Source: an uncultured Persicitalea sp.
Lineage (GTDB): Bacteria; Bacteroidota; Bacteroidia; Cytophagales; Spirosomataceae
Assembly: GCA_950075905.1 (NCBI GenBank)
Contig: CATMVR010000001.1
Span: 1 to 57,527, forward strand
Direction: 5' to 3'
DNA length: 57,527 nucleotides
A program made the translations under genes and the position numbers. The notes beneath the pieces are model-generated. The model saw only the letters and a list, made by a program, of their open reading frames with translations. It was not told the DNA's origin and did not search any database. Position 1 is the stretch's first letter; each line of letters starts with the position of its first letter. Of the stretch, positions 9,496-18,357 are shown piece after piece.

Positions 9496-10992
9496 TCAGT
9501 TAATGATCACTGACTTGATATTGAGGTAATTGGCAATTTTCTGAATGGTAGCGGCGTGGTGCCCGATACCCAGGGCGAAGTGGTGCGTAGGTCCCTCCTT
9601 CATCCAGCGTTTCAGGAACGTCCGCACATCCGGCTTGAAGAACCCGCGCGTATTGGTATTACCGGTGGGGGGGATGGGTCCTTTGAGTGATTCCCCTTCG
9701 GCGATCACAAATTTGAACTTGCCCTCGTAGGTGGAGCTGATGCTCAACATCGTGATGGGCCCTTCCTTGATCTGAAACTCCACACCCGCCCCGAAGCCGG
9801 GTTTGCCGTGGTACTTCTTCAGGCTGCGCAGTACCGGACGCCCTTCGGCTATGGCGATGTTGTGGGGGCCGTCGTGGCCCACCAGCACAAAATCTTCCTT
9901 GAAGTCAACCGGATGAAATTCCGCGAAGCTGCCGCCAATCCCCAGCCGCTCCATGATCAGCATCGCAATGCAAGTTTTCAAGTCCGACTCGCCGCACATG
10001 GGAAAGCCCGCGCCCGTCAGCAGGGAGTTACCCACGATGAGGTTGGACATGACGGTACGCGTATCGCTGCCGTCTTCACCGTCGTAGTAATAGGCCAGCG
10101 CGTCCAGGTTTTTTTCTTTGACAAATTTTTCCAGCGCCACCGTTACCTGGGCCGCAATGTGCAGGTCCGCGTCTTTCAGTTTTTCAGATATGGGGTCCGA
10201 TACCGGATCGGGCGTGTCAAAAAAGTCCAGAATGCGCTCCTTGACCGGATCAATCTCCTCGTCGGTGGCTGTGCGGAACTGCGATACGATCTCGTGGGCC
10301 TCGCACTGCACAATGTGGGGGCTGAAATGGGCCGTCAGCATGGTCGAGTCCGAGTGCATATCCAGCATGGCCTCGATGGGATGGCCGATATGGCCGATCC
10401 TGGCCGTTTTCAGATCGTGCAGCACCGTCGCGATGCGGCAGTACTCCTCAATTTCGGCCTCAGCTTCCGGGTCGTCGTGCAGGGTACCGATAATCATCTC
10501 CGGTACCTTCTTACCCATCCGTACCGCTACCCCGGCAAATTCGGGCAGGGAGCAGATGTCGTCGTTGTAAAGCTGTAAGTACGTAGAGGCATTGCCGTAA
10601 TCCAGCGCCTTGTCGGGCTGCAGAGCCACCAGTACGATGGGCGTATCAAGGCTCTTGATAATAATGCCGAAGGTACTGGAGGTGGCGTAGGTGAGCATGT
10701 CACAGAAAATCAGGTCCAGGTTGGCCGCCCTAAGCTTGGGTACCAGTTCGTAGGCCTTGGTGGCGTCGTCGATCAGGCCGAAGTCAATGATCTCGACATC
10801 ACTTCCGGCACTTATCTTTTCTATAAGGATTTCCTGCTTCTGCATCAGCTGGTCCAGTAGGCCCTCAAACTGGCCCCAGTATTTGAAATAGCCTACCCCA
10901 AATACGCCGATGCGGGCTTTGCTACGCTTCCGGTGATGGATGGGCAGAGTGTTCACTGCCGGTTGTACCTCTATTGCCGTATGATTCTTCAT
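9496..10992 (-). CDS. L-arabinose/L-fucose isomerase-family sugar isomerase
   Basis: 498 aa. Its layout matches AraA-type isomerases: GESDLKTCIAMLIMERL (cf. GEGDWKTA..), GHDGPHN and GPTHHFALGIGHH near the C-terminus. Confidence 0.7.
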   Translation of the reverse strand: MKNHTAIEVQPAVNTLPIHHRKRSKARIGVFGVGYFKYWGQFEGLLDQLMQKQEILIEKISAGSDVEIIDFGLIDDATKAYELVPKLRAANLDLIFCDMLTYATSSTFGIIIKSLDTPIVLVALQPDKALDYGNASTYLQLYNDDICSLPEFAGVAVRMGKKVPEMIIGTLHDDPEAEAEIEEYCRIATVLHDLKTARIGHIGHPIEAMLDMHSDSTMLTAHFSPHIVQCEAHEIVSQFRTATDEEIDPVKERILDFFDTPDPVSDPISEKLKDADLHIAAQVTVALEKFVKEKNLDALAYYYDGEDGSDTRTVMSNLIVGNSLLTGAGFPMCGESDLKTCIAMLIMERLGIGGSFAEFHPVDFKEDFVLVGHDGPHNIAIAEGRPVLRSLKKYHGKPGFGAGVEFQIKEGPITMLSISSTYEGKFKFVIAEGESLKGPIPPTGNTNTRGFFKPDVRTFLKRWMKEGPTHHFALGIGHHAATIQKIANYLNIKSVIIN

Positions 10993-11015
10993 CTTCTTTA
11001 TGTTTTTACTACTGG

Positions 11016-11027
11016 TTAGTGCACTAA
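11016..11027. promoter_or_regulatory. Perfect 12-bp palindrome TTAGTGCACTAA upstream of the isomerase gene (candidate operator)
   Basis: It is 24 nt upstream of the ATG at 10992. The extended string GCACTAAGTTAA (11021-11032) recurs identically at 12335-12346 upstream of the MFS gene. Confidence 0.3.
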
Positions 11028-11070
11028 GTTAAAAATGAGCAAATTTTTTTATTGGACTTTTATTTCCGTC

Positions 11071-12324
11071 CTACGCTCCGACAGTGGCTGCCGGAGGAGT
11101 CACGGAATCGTAAAGGGACTTGATACGAGGAATGAAAATGATGAAAACCAGGAACGCCAGGGGATACATGAGGCCCGAGGCGATCCACAGGGGGCGGTAG
11201 GTGTAATTCTGAATCACCAGGCCCATCAGGGGGTTCAGGAGCAGGCCCGATATGGCTCCCGCCGTGCCGCTCAGCCCCACCACCGTTGAGGTAGCCCTTT
11301 CTCCGAAAATATCGGAAATGGAGGTGATGTAGTTGGTGATCCAGAACCCATGGGCGAACATGAACACCGACATCAGGGCGATGGCAACTTCCACCGAGGC
11401 CACCCATTCCACCAGCGGCGTCACCAGGGTGAGAGCCGCGGCGACCCCCATGATGGATTTGCGGGCTTTGTTGATAGTGAAGCCCCGCTTGATCAGGTGG
11501 TCGGACAAGCCTCCCCCGATGATGTTGGCCACGCCCAGCGCCAGAAACGGTATCCAGAACAGCGAGCCGATGCGCTCGAAGGATACATGGCGTACCTCGC
11601 TCAGGTATTTGGGAATCCAGAACATGAGGAAGTAAAAGACCGGGTCAAGCAGAAACCTGATGACGATCAGGACCCATACCTGGTTGTTTCTGAGTAATTT
11701 GGCGAAAGGTACATGAACGGGACGCAAGATTGGTATTTGTGTTGTGGTTGAGGATGTAGCAGTGCTTTTCCAGGGAACCCACAGCCAAACCACCACCCAC
11801 AGTATCCCCACCAGTCCCGGCAGGATGAAGCCTCCCCGCCAGCCGTACAATGAAGTCAGCCAGATGGTGAGGGGCGGGGCCACCACGGCCCCGATGGCCG
11901 AGCCGCCGATGGCCACGCCGTTGGCCAGGGCCCGCTCCTTTTTGTCAAACCACTCGTACACGGTTTTGGCCGCTCCGGGAAAGCAGCCCCCTTCGCCCAT
12001 TCCCAGCAAAAACCGGAAGGCCAGCAGCTGGTTGAAGCTTGTCATGAACCCGTGCATGCAGTTGGCGATGGACCATAGCCCCACCGAAAGCGCGAGGCCG
12101 GTTTTGCTGCCTATTTTGTCGATCAGCCAGCCACCCAAGGTGAACATTAGCGCGTAGCTGATCAGAAAACTCGTGTTCACCATTCCGTACTGCACATCCG
12201 TAATGCCAAACTCCTCCTGGATCTTGATGATAGCTATTGAGAGGACCTGCCGGTCCAGAAAACTAAGCCCGGTGGCCACAAAGAGCAGCGAGACAATAAA
12301 CCAGCGGGTAGAGGAATGCTTCAT
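11071..12324 (-). CDS. MFS transporter (ACS/hexuronate-transporter-like)
   Basis: 417 aa and multi-TM throughout. It has the N-terminal GLSFLDRQVLSIA motif typical of ExuT/ACS-type MFS transporters. Confidence 0.85.
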   Translation of the reverse strand: MKHSSTRWFIVSLLFVATGLSFLDRQVLSIAIIKIQEEFGITDVQYGMVNTSFLISYALMFTLGGWLIDKIGSKTGLALSVGLWSIANCMHGFMTSFNQLLAFRFLLGMGEGGCFPGAAKTVYEWFDKKERALANGVAIGGSAIGAVVAPPLTIWLTSLYGWRGGFILPGLVGILWVVVWLWVPWKSTATSSTTTQIPILRPVHVPFAKLLRNNQVWVLIVIRFLLDPVFYFLMFWIPKYLSEVRHVSFERIGSLFWIPFLALGVANIIGGGLSDHLIKRGFTINKARKSIMGVAAALTLVTPLVEWVASVEVAIALMSVFMFAHGFWITNYITSISDIFGERATSTVVGLSGTAGAISGLLLNPLMGLVIQNYTYRPLWIASGLMYPLAFLVFIIFIPRIKSLYDSVTPPAATVGA

Positions 12325-12329
12325 ATCAC

Positions 12330-12346
12330 TTAACGCACTAAGTTAA
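12330..12346. promoter_or_regulatory. Inverted-repeat TTAACGCACTAAGTTAA upstream of the MFS gene (candidate operator, related to 11016-11032)
   Basis: It starts 6 nt upstream of the ATG at 12324 and shares 12 identical nt (GCACTAAGTTAA) with the isomerase upstream region. Confidence 0.3.
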
Positions 12347-13024
12347 CATCAGCAAAGCTATAAGTTGACTGTATAAAAGTCAAGGAAATGGTAATTTTTT
12401 TTTAAGTTATTGAAACCTGCTTATAAGAAGATAGTGCTCCTACCGTCCGTCGCGCTCCTTTGTAAGCCCTGACTGCCTGGGCCGAAATCTAGACTAAAGG
12501 GACCATACCGCGGAGACCAGCCAATCCGATCCGAAAGTACCGAATGATGGAATAACCTGATGCCCATGATATTCGCTGCCCTTGTTGGCTCCCCTCATTT
12601 CAGTATCAAATCGGCCTGGAGACGCATTGCTTGCCTTTCCATTACCTTTCTGCCATGTATCGTAACGATGCGCTACATCGTCCTGCTTTATGGCAATGGC
12701 CATGGGGGCTTGCGCAGGGAAATGGATAGACAAGTCCATGGTTGTTTTTTCTTTTCCGGCTACTTAGCCGGCTATTTCTCATTCCAAACCAGGACGGTTG
12801 GTAAAGAGGACCTATCTTTGGGATTAGGAACGATGGTGCATGCATGGGATAATGCCACATAGGAAGGATTGTACGGAATGGATGTAACGTGAATCAAGAA
12901 AAACTATTTGTTTTCATTATTATAACGTAATAATAACGGCATAATAATGAACAGTGGTTGACCCAATTCCCACCCTTTTCCATTTCAACCAACTGTGTGT
13001 ATGTACAAATGTAAAGTTTACTCA

Positions 13025-14437
13025 TTAGTGAATTTTACTTTCAAGAATCGCAATCTGACTCTCCAGCAACGAAGCCGAGGAAAACACATCCGGATACAAT
13101 TCCCGGGCAATATCCACCAGGATTCCCGACAGAGCCGGATCAGCCAGGTTTTCATGCAAGCTGAGGTGATTTCGGTAGTAAGCGCCGAAAAGCCCACGCT
13201 TGAGGCGCTCGATGATCGTAGTTCTGGCCTGCGGGTCGCTCTCCACCAGCTCCTCGAAAAGGACGACGTAACGTTCGTGCACTTCCCGCCGTAGCGCCTC
13301 CAACGCCTCCCGGGCGTTCTGCTCCTCCCCCTTCGATTTTGCGGCGGGCTTGTCCTGCTTCTTGTAGGTTTTAGGCTTGGAGGACACCACCTCCACCAGG
13401 TCAGGGATCGCCACCATCTTCTGCAGGTAAGCCCCCACATTCTTGACTTTGCCTTTTTTCACCTGCTGCAGGGCGTAGGCGACCCCCCGCTGCACCTGGT
13501 CAACCGGATATTGACTCAGCCAGTGGCGAACCGTTGACTCGGACACATACTCGCTGATCGGCGGATGAATCTCTTTAAGCAAATCTTTCCCCTGGTCATC
13601 AACCAATTCATAGGAGGAGTAGTCCTCCTCCCCCACCCCGCTAGAGACGGGCTGGCCGGCTGACGGCTGTTTACTGGCGACCTTCGTCCGGGTGACCCGG
13701 GTGCCCTCCTTACTCTCGATGTAAAACACCACCGAGTCAACCGCCCGCCCCACCTTGATCTCCTCTAAACGGACGATCCGCAGGTCTGTGCTTTTTTCAA
13801 GGTCCTGGATGCCCTTCTTGAGGATCTTCTGCTTGAAGTTGCCATACAACGGGTACTCGTGCTCCTCAATGGCCAGGATTTCCTTCAGGCGTTCCACCGT
13901 ATAGGTCTTTTTACGATTGCCCAGGTTGAACTGGTGCTTGAGGATGATGTAAAGCTTCATCGAGTACGGGCTCTGCACGTTCTTCACGTTCCTGACGTCA
14001 ATGGTCAGGTATTCCCGCTGCAGCTGAATCAGATAAGGTTTCAGCTTGGGGTTGAACCTGACCAGAATGCGATTCTGCTCGCTCTCGTTGACGGGCTCGC
14101 TCGTCTCGTCAATCAGGTGGATGGTGGTTTTGTAGACCTCCCCGTCCTCCCTGGTCTCGAAAATAACAAACTTCTTGTTGAACAACCGGTCGGCGGCATC
14201 CCTGACGGCCTCGTAGTAACGGCCGTCGTCCCCCAGGGAAAACATCTTGATTATGTCCTGGGTCCTGATCTCGTACTCCTCGAAGTCCTTGTCCTCGGGC
14301 AGCACCATGGTCAGCATGGTCATGAACACCCGGAACTCGTGAATATCCATCTTGGAGGTCGCTTCCACCAGTCCCCGGTTTCCTCCCTGCATCCTGACAA
14401 GGTAGCGATCCTGGTAATTGCTCTTTTTCCTGGTCAT
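13025..14437 (-). CDS. Replication initiator protein (Rep_3/RepB-like, iteron-binding type)
   Basis: Large ORF directly adjacent to a classical 22-bp iteron set. The N-terminal half (LVEATSKMDIHEFRVFMTMLTMV.., YKTTIHLIDE.., YLTIDVRNVKNVQSPYSMKLYIILK) resembles winged-helix Rep_3 initiators. The track ORF starts at a TTG (14473); the first ATG is at 14437. Confidence 0.78.
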   Translation of the reverse strand: MTRKKSNYQDRYLVRMQGGNRGLVEATSKMDIHEFRVFMTMLTMVLPEDKDFEEYEIRTQDIIKMFSLGDDGRYYEAVRDAADRLFNKKFVIFETREDGEVYKTTIHLIDETSEPVNESEQNRILVRFNPKLKPYLIQLQREYLTIDVRNVKNVQSPYSMKLYIILKHQFNLGNRKKTYTVERLKEILAIEEHEYPLYGNFKQKILKKGIQDLEKSTDLRIVRLEEIKVGRAVDSVVFYIESKEGTRVTRTKVASKQPSAGQPVSSGVGEEDYSSYELVDDQGKDLLKEIHPPISEYVSESTVRHWLSQYPVDQVQRGVAYALQQVKKGKVKNVGAYLQKMVAIPDLVEVVSSKPKTYKKQDKPAAKSKGEEQNAREALEALRREVHERYVVLFEELVESDPQARTTIIERLKRGLFGAYYRNHLSLHENLADPALSGILVDIARELYPDVFSSASLLESQIAILESKIH

Positions 14438-14470
14438 ATTCCCGTTGTGGTCAAAATATCCTATGCTAGA

Positions 14471-14500
14471 CAAAAATAGTAATCTTTTTATTATAACAAA
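14471..14500 (-). promoter_or_regulatory. Candidate Bacteroidetes-type promoter for rep (-33 TTTG / -7 TAnnTTTG)
   Basis: On the minus strand, TTTG (14500-14497) and TATTTTTG (14478-14471) are separated by 18 nt, about 34 nt upstream of the ATG at 14437 and abutting the first iterons. Confidence 0.3.
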
Positions 14501-14529
14501 CTCTAAAAGTCGTTATAGTTGGGCCTATT

Positions 14530-14638
14530 CCGTGAAATCGGTTATAGTACGTCGTGATACTGGTTATAGTTTTCCGTGATACTGGTTATGGTTCTCCGTG
14601 AAATTGGTTATAGTTACCGTGAAATCGGTTATAGTTAG
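14530..14638. repeat. Five direct 22-bp iterons (CCGTGAWAYYGGTTATRGT core), candidate oriV Rep-binding sites
   Basis: CGTGA cores start at 14531, 14553, 14575, 14597 and 14618 (periods 22, 22, 22, 21). They lie immediately upstream of rep. There is a half-site cgttatagtt at 14511-14520. Confidence 0.75.
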
Positions 14639-14855
14639 GCGCATATACTATTGATTTACAATAAGATACAGCGATGCTAAAGGTAAAACAAACAAAAAGA
14701 GTAAAAAGAACAAAACAGCGTTGTTGTATTACTAATTTTAATAGGAAAAAGTCTGGGATCACGAAGCAATGACCATCACTTTCAATTAGAAGAAAAGTAT
14801 GCGCTTTCCTGAATTTTTTTCAATCATGTCCTTAGGAATAAAAAATGCCGTTCCG
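14639..14855. other. AT-rich spacer between the two iteron clusters (candidate DNA-unwinding element of oriV)
   Basis: A-rich runs (aaggtaaaacaaacaaaaagagtaaaaagaacaaaaca; ttttaataggaaaaag; gaatttttttcaatc) and no credible ORF. Confidence 0.4.
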
Positions 14856-15366
14856 CCTCCGTGAAATTGGTTATAGTTCGTGCAGACCGCTCCTATCCAA
14901 CCTCCGTGAAATCGGTTATAGTTCGTGCAGACCGCTCCTATCCATCTCCGTGAAATTGGTTATAGTTCGCACAGATCGCCCCTATCCATCTCCGTGAAAT
15001 TGGTTATAGTTTGCACAGATCGCCCCTATCCATCTCCGTGAAATTGGTTATAGTTCGTGCAGACCACTCCTATCCCACCTCCGTGAAATTGGTTATAGTT
15101 CGTGCAGTACCACCTATCCATCTCCGTGAAATCGGTTATAGTTCATGCAGACCGCCCCTATCCATCTCCGTGAAATTGGTTATAGTTCGCACAGATCGCC
15201 CCTATCCATCTCCGTGAAATCGGTTATAGTTCTTGCAAAACCACCTATCCCACCTCCGTGAAATCGGTTATAGTTCGTGCAGACCGCTCCTATCCGAAGC
15301 TCCGTGAAATCGGTTATAGTTCATGCAAACTCACCTATCCCGCCTCCGTGAAATTGGTTATAGTTC
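14856..15366. repeat. Tandem array of 12 ~44-bp units, each carrying the same iteron core (CTCCGTGAAATYGGTTATAGTT) plus a semi-conserved 22-bp tail (CGTGCAGACCGCTCCTATCCAY / CGCACAGATCGCCCCTATCCAT)
   Basis: CCGTGAA cores start at 14859, 14904, 14948, 14992, 15036, 15081, 15124, 15168, 15212, 15256, 15302 and 15346 (period 43-46). The core is the same as in the 22-bp iterons at 14530-14638. Confidence 0.85.
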
Positions 15367-15505
15367 GGCACTTCACACCCTTACCTTCATGCTTTTGCTT
15401 TCATAGATTTACTTGTTTGGTTATTGATTTAAATATAATATATAGAATCAATAATTTATAATTATAATAGAATTATTTAGTGTTTTATTAGAAATGTATA
15501 AAAAA

Positions 15506-15533
15506 GCCCCGGACGCTGACAGACGTCCGGGGC
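15506..15533 (-). terminator. Rho-independent terminator at the end of the tra operon
   Basis: GCCCCGGACG (15506-15515) pairs with CGTCCGGGGC (15524-15533) around an 8-nt loop. On the minus strand it is followed by TTTTTT (15505-15500). It lies about 155 nt downstream of the traN stop. Confidence 0.7.
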
Positions 15534-15689
15534 AGATGATGACAAACCTCTTAAAATCTGTTATCACAGTACAAATATACTGGTTTTACTTAGCAGGAAA
15601 AAAGATACTGTTGGTACACCTGATGCGAATTACGGATTAAAACTTTTGTTCAATGCAGGCCATTCCTACCGTTTAGTGGCAATAGACCG

Positions 15690-16697
15690 TCAAAAGATTG
15701 GCTTTACCTCCAGAAGCGTTCTGTTGGTCAACTGAAAGGTTACGTGACGGCCTCCGCTTTTCTCGTATACTTCAATTTCAAGCACCTTCCCCTCGCTCAG
15801 GGTCTTGAAGGGGATGGCCAGCACCTTTTCGAGCCTTTGCGCTCCGTTGAGATGGGTAACCTCCACCGGATAGGAAAGTAACAGGGGGACTTCCTCCTGT
15901 TGCAATGCCATTCGCTTCACCGTATTCCTGTCCCTCACAAAGAGCTTGATGAAGTCTATATGGTAGGGCATGTAGCTCCGGTTCTTTAGTTCCAGTTTCA
16001 GGTACATGACCTGTTGGCTATCCAGGAACAACCCTTTCAGGCGGACGGAAAAGTCCTCCGTTCGCCCCCCCAGCCTGCGGATGAAATTCCGCTGGTTCCC
16101 CGCTGCCCTGGCGTTGGAAATCAGGTGTGCCTGGTTGAATGTTCCCTCCGGCAGGACATAGGCATGTCGGCCGGCCCCAGGGGCGATTCCCAGCTCCTCG
16201 GTCGTCTGACGATCGACTGCCTCGTTTCGGGCCATCACTACGGTAAAGACCTCCGGATGCTCATTGTACCGCACCAGGAAACTATACAGCCTCCCATCCT
16301 CGGTGAATACGGTCATATTGGTCTCTCCAAGAAAGCCCCGGGTATCGGATTTTACCCGCAGGACGTTCAGGATCGTTTCGGGGACCATGGCCACGATGGA
16401 TCCGCTTCCGGCGTCGAAATCCTTGATTTTGGATGGGAAAACGAGGTGGGTGGTTTTGGTGAAGGAAAGCTCAAGGGGGTAACTGCCCTGAACCGATACC
16501 CGGGCGAGGGGAAGCAGAAAGGGATGGGGCTTGATGACCACCGGCCGCAGGACGCCATCCGCAAACGGGAAACTGTCCGGTACCAGGGAATCAAGGGGTG
16601 TTTGCGCCGATACCAGCCCCCCACCCGCCACGACCAGCATCCCTGCCCAGAGCATGAGCTTGCTACGGAAGCCGGACTTGCTGCTAGGACTATTCAT
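15690..16697 (-). CDS. traN: Conjugative transfer protein TraN (DUF4138 type)
   Basis: It carries the motif LELSFTKTTHLVFPSKIKDFDAGSGSIVA, characteristic of Bacteroidetes TraN. The signal peptide begins at MNSPSSKSGFRSKLMLWAGMLVV. The ATG at 16697 overlaps the traM stop (16690-16692) by 8 nt, and the track N-terminal extension to 16832 lies inside traM. Confidence 0.85.
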   Translation of the reverse strand: MNSPSSKSGFRSKLMLWAGMLVVAGGGLVSAQTPLDSLVPDSFPFADGVLRPVVIKPHPFLLPLARVSVQGSYPLELSFTKTTHLVFPSKIKDFDAGSGSIVAMVPETILNVLRVKSDTRGFLGETNMTVFTEDGRLYSFLVRYNEHPEVFTVVMARNEAVDRQTTEELGIAPGAGRHAYVLPEGTFNQAHLISNARAAGNQRNFIRRLGGRTEDFSVRLKGLFLDSQQVMYLKLELKNRSYMPYHIDFIKLFVRDRNTVKRMALQQEEVPLLLSYPVEVTHLNGAQRLEKVLAIPFKTLSEGKVLEIEVYEKSGGRHVTFQLTNRTLLEVKPIF

Positions 16698-18114
16698 AGG
16701 TAGTGGTCGTTTCGGTGGATTCCTCGTATTCACTTTCTGCCCCGGATGCCGACCGGAGCAGAATCTGGTAGTTGGGCTGTATCCTTGCGCGGGGTTGTTG
16801 GGTCTTGCGCTGGAGTAGGTTTTTCCCCGCATTCAGGGCGGCTCCTATTCCCTGGGAGGCAAGCTGTCCCCCTACCTGCTGTCCCACGGTTCCCCCCACA
16901 ATGTAGCCTGGGCTGACCAATTGGGATGAACCCTGCACCAGCGTATTGGCCGTTTGCTGTTTGATCTTCAGATCGGGAACATGCAATCCCTTCTGGCCAT
17001 CCAGGTCAAACGCCTCCAGCCTGACGGGATAGAGGAAATTATCCAGTCGAATCGTGCTGACGGTAATATATACACGATCCCCATTCAGTCGGGTGATCCC
17101 GTAGACAAGCGCATTTTCGGGCAGAATAAGAGCCTCACTCCCCACCCGTATCTGGGTTTCCTCCTGCATGCGTAAGGCCACCGGGGTACCATTCGTTACC
17201 GAAACCCCTTCCCCTTCTCCGTGTACCACCGCCCGGATGGTTCCCCGAATCTTTTCAGGTCTCGTACGGCGGATTTTGCTGCCATTGAGTCCATAAAAGG
17301 CATTTCCAGGCTCCCGATCCGGTGTGGCAATCACCGTTCTGACGTGGGGTTGAACCTTGTGGTATTCCTTTTGAACGAGCTGACCTTTCCCGTCAACAGC
17401 TGATTGTTCTGAATTCCTGACAGCCGCCGGCGTGTACCGGACGGGCTGTCCCTGCTGTTGAACCTGCCTGTCAAGCAATTCCAGCAGCTTCTCATTGGCC
17501 CTCAACCGCTGTTCCTCCTCACGGGCAAGCCTGGTTTGTTCCGCTTCTTCGGATTGACTCAAGGCCGGATTCCGGTACATGTGATCCATTGAGTTGCCGA
17601 CCTGCTGCCCGATAACTCTTTGCCGGGCGTTTGCCTGGTTCCAGGCGTTGATTTTCCGCTGTTCGCTGGTCTGTTTCAGCTGCCTGGCCGAGACGGCAGT
17701 TCCAGTTGTGTTACGGGCGCCCATCTCAGTGGCCAGTTCCTCAACGGCAGTCAATTCGTTTTCATCGATACCCGTGGCACTTCGCTTCTCTCCGCCGATC
17801 ATCCGGGAATTCATGTTGGAATTCTCATCCAGTGTGATGCCGATGCCATTTACCTTCGACAGCGTATTCCCACCGTAGGCCTGGTCGTATTTTCGGTCTT
17901 TTGGAAGGTCCTTCACCCGGGCATCCGGTATGGTCATCGTTAGACCGGATGCGGGAGTAGCCTGGTTTTCCGAGCTGCCGATCCACCCCTGCATGTTACC
18001 GACAAATCCCAGGGATACCAGCATGGGGATGGGTAACAGTACTCTGAACACGTGTCGGGAAGGGATCGAAAGCTGTTTTGCTTTTTCAGCCTTCAAATCA
18101 GTTTGCACTTTCAT
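16690..18114 (-). CDS. traM: Conjugative transfer protein TraM
   Basis: 474 aa with an N-terminal TM and a Q/E-rich coiled-coil middle. Position (between traL/K and traN) and size match CTnDOT-type TraM. The gene ends in TAG. Confidence 0.8.
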   Translation of the reverse strand: MKVQTDLKAEKAKQLSIPSRHVFRVLLPIPMLVSLGFVGNMQGWIGSSENQATPASGLTMTIPDARVKDLPKDRKYDQAYGGNTLSKVNGIGITLDENSNMNSRMIGGEKRSATGIDENELTAVEELATEMGARNTTGTAVSARQLKQTSEQRKINAWNQANARQRVIGQQVGNSMDHMYRNPALSQSEEAEQTRLAREEEQRLRANEKLLELLDRQVQQQGQPVRYTPAAVRNSEQSAVDGKGQLVQKEYHKVQPHVRTVIATPDREPGNAFYGLNGSKIRRTRPEKIRGTIRAVVHGEGEGVSVTNGTPVALRMQEETQIRVGSEALILPENALVYGITRLNGDRVYITVSTIRLDNFLYPVRLEAFDLDGQKGLHVPDLKIKQQTANTLVQGSSQLVSPGYIVGGTVGQQVGGQLASQGIGAALNAGKNLLQRKTQQPRARIQPNYQILLRSASGAESEYEESTETTTTYE

Positions 18115-18120
18115 AGGTTG

Positions 18121-18357
18121 TCAAAATAAGGATAGTAGTAGGTTTGTAAAATAACAGAAGGCCATCACCCAGAGCAGCACCACGAGCACAGCCGTCGTTC
18201 GTATCCCCAGGTGGCGCTGACCCGAATTCAGGGCTTTTCCCAACCGGGCGGATTGCCTGCTCAGCGCGGTTCGGATTTTCCTCCCCAGCGAATAGCCCGG
18301 TACATGGAGAGTCTTGGTTTTCAGCCCTTCTCGCGGCCGAATGCTGTTTTTTTTCAT
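18121..18357 (-). CDS. Small membrane protein, TraL-like (DUF3989-like)
   Basis: 78 aa with a basic N-terminus and a single C-terminal TM (TTAVLVVLLWVMAFCYFTNLL). It sits in the traL position, 4-nt overlapped with traK (ATGA-type coupling) and 6 nt from traM. Confidence 0.5.
   Translation of the reverse strand: MKKNSIRPREGLKTKTLHVPGYSLGRKIRTALSRQSARLGKALNSGQRHLGIRTTAVLVVLLWVMAFCYFTNLLLSLF

Noticed and set aside
12339-12348. The 10-mer TAAGTTAACA occurs at 12339-12348 and 54078-54087, near both edges of the mobile block, and could be att direct repeats.
   Set aside because: It is too short. The same core also occurs at 11024-11032 in another promoter, so it more likely belongs to a host regulatory motif. 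No integrase is present to use it.
12347-13024. I looked for a tRNA gene or integrase remnant at the element edges (12.35-13.0 kb and 53.95-54.15 kb).
   Set aside because: By eye there is no cloverleaf-compatible sequence (no acceptor/T-arm GTTCRANYC-type pattern) and no recombinase-like ORF. A proper tRNAscan/BLASTX run would be needed to be certain.
14856-15366. The regular ~44-bp repeat array could be mistaken for a CRISPR array.
   Set aside because: The would-be spacers are themselves conserved (two recurring subtypes). The repeat core equals the 22-bp iterons next to rep. The repeat has no palindromic CRISPR-like structure and no cas genes are present. An iteron/copy-control array is the better reading.
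15011-15461. ORFs 15011-15217 and 15258-15461 encode repetitive peptides (SVKLVIVRA.., REIGYSS..).
   Set aside because: They are translation artefacts of the tandem DNA repeats. The periodic peptide simply mirrors the 44-bp unit, which is not a multiple of 3, so the frames rotate.
16698-16832. N-terminal extensions suggested by the ORF track for traN (to 16832), traK (to 19082), traE paralog 2 (to 25453), M23 (to 37165), DUF932 (from 41738), GNAT (from 48743), parA (from 30577), relaxase (from 29179) and SusC (to 9486).
   Set aside because: The extensions overlap upstream genes or AT-rich promoter DNA, or use GTG/TTG codons. Internal ATGs give proper signal peptides or family-typical N-termini and tidy operon junctions.
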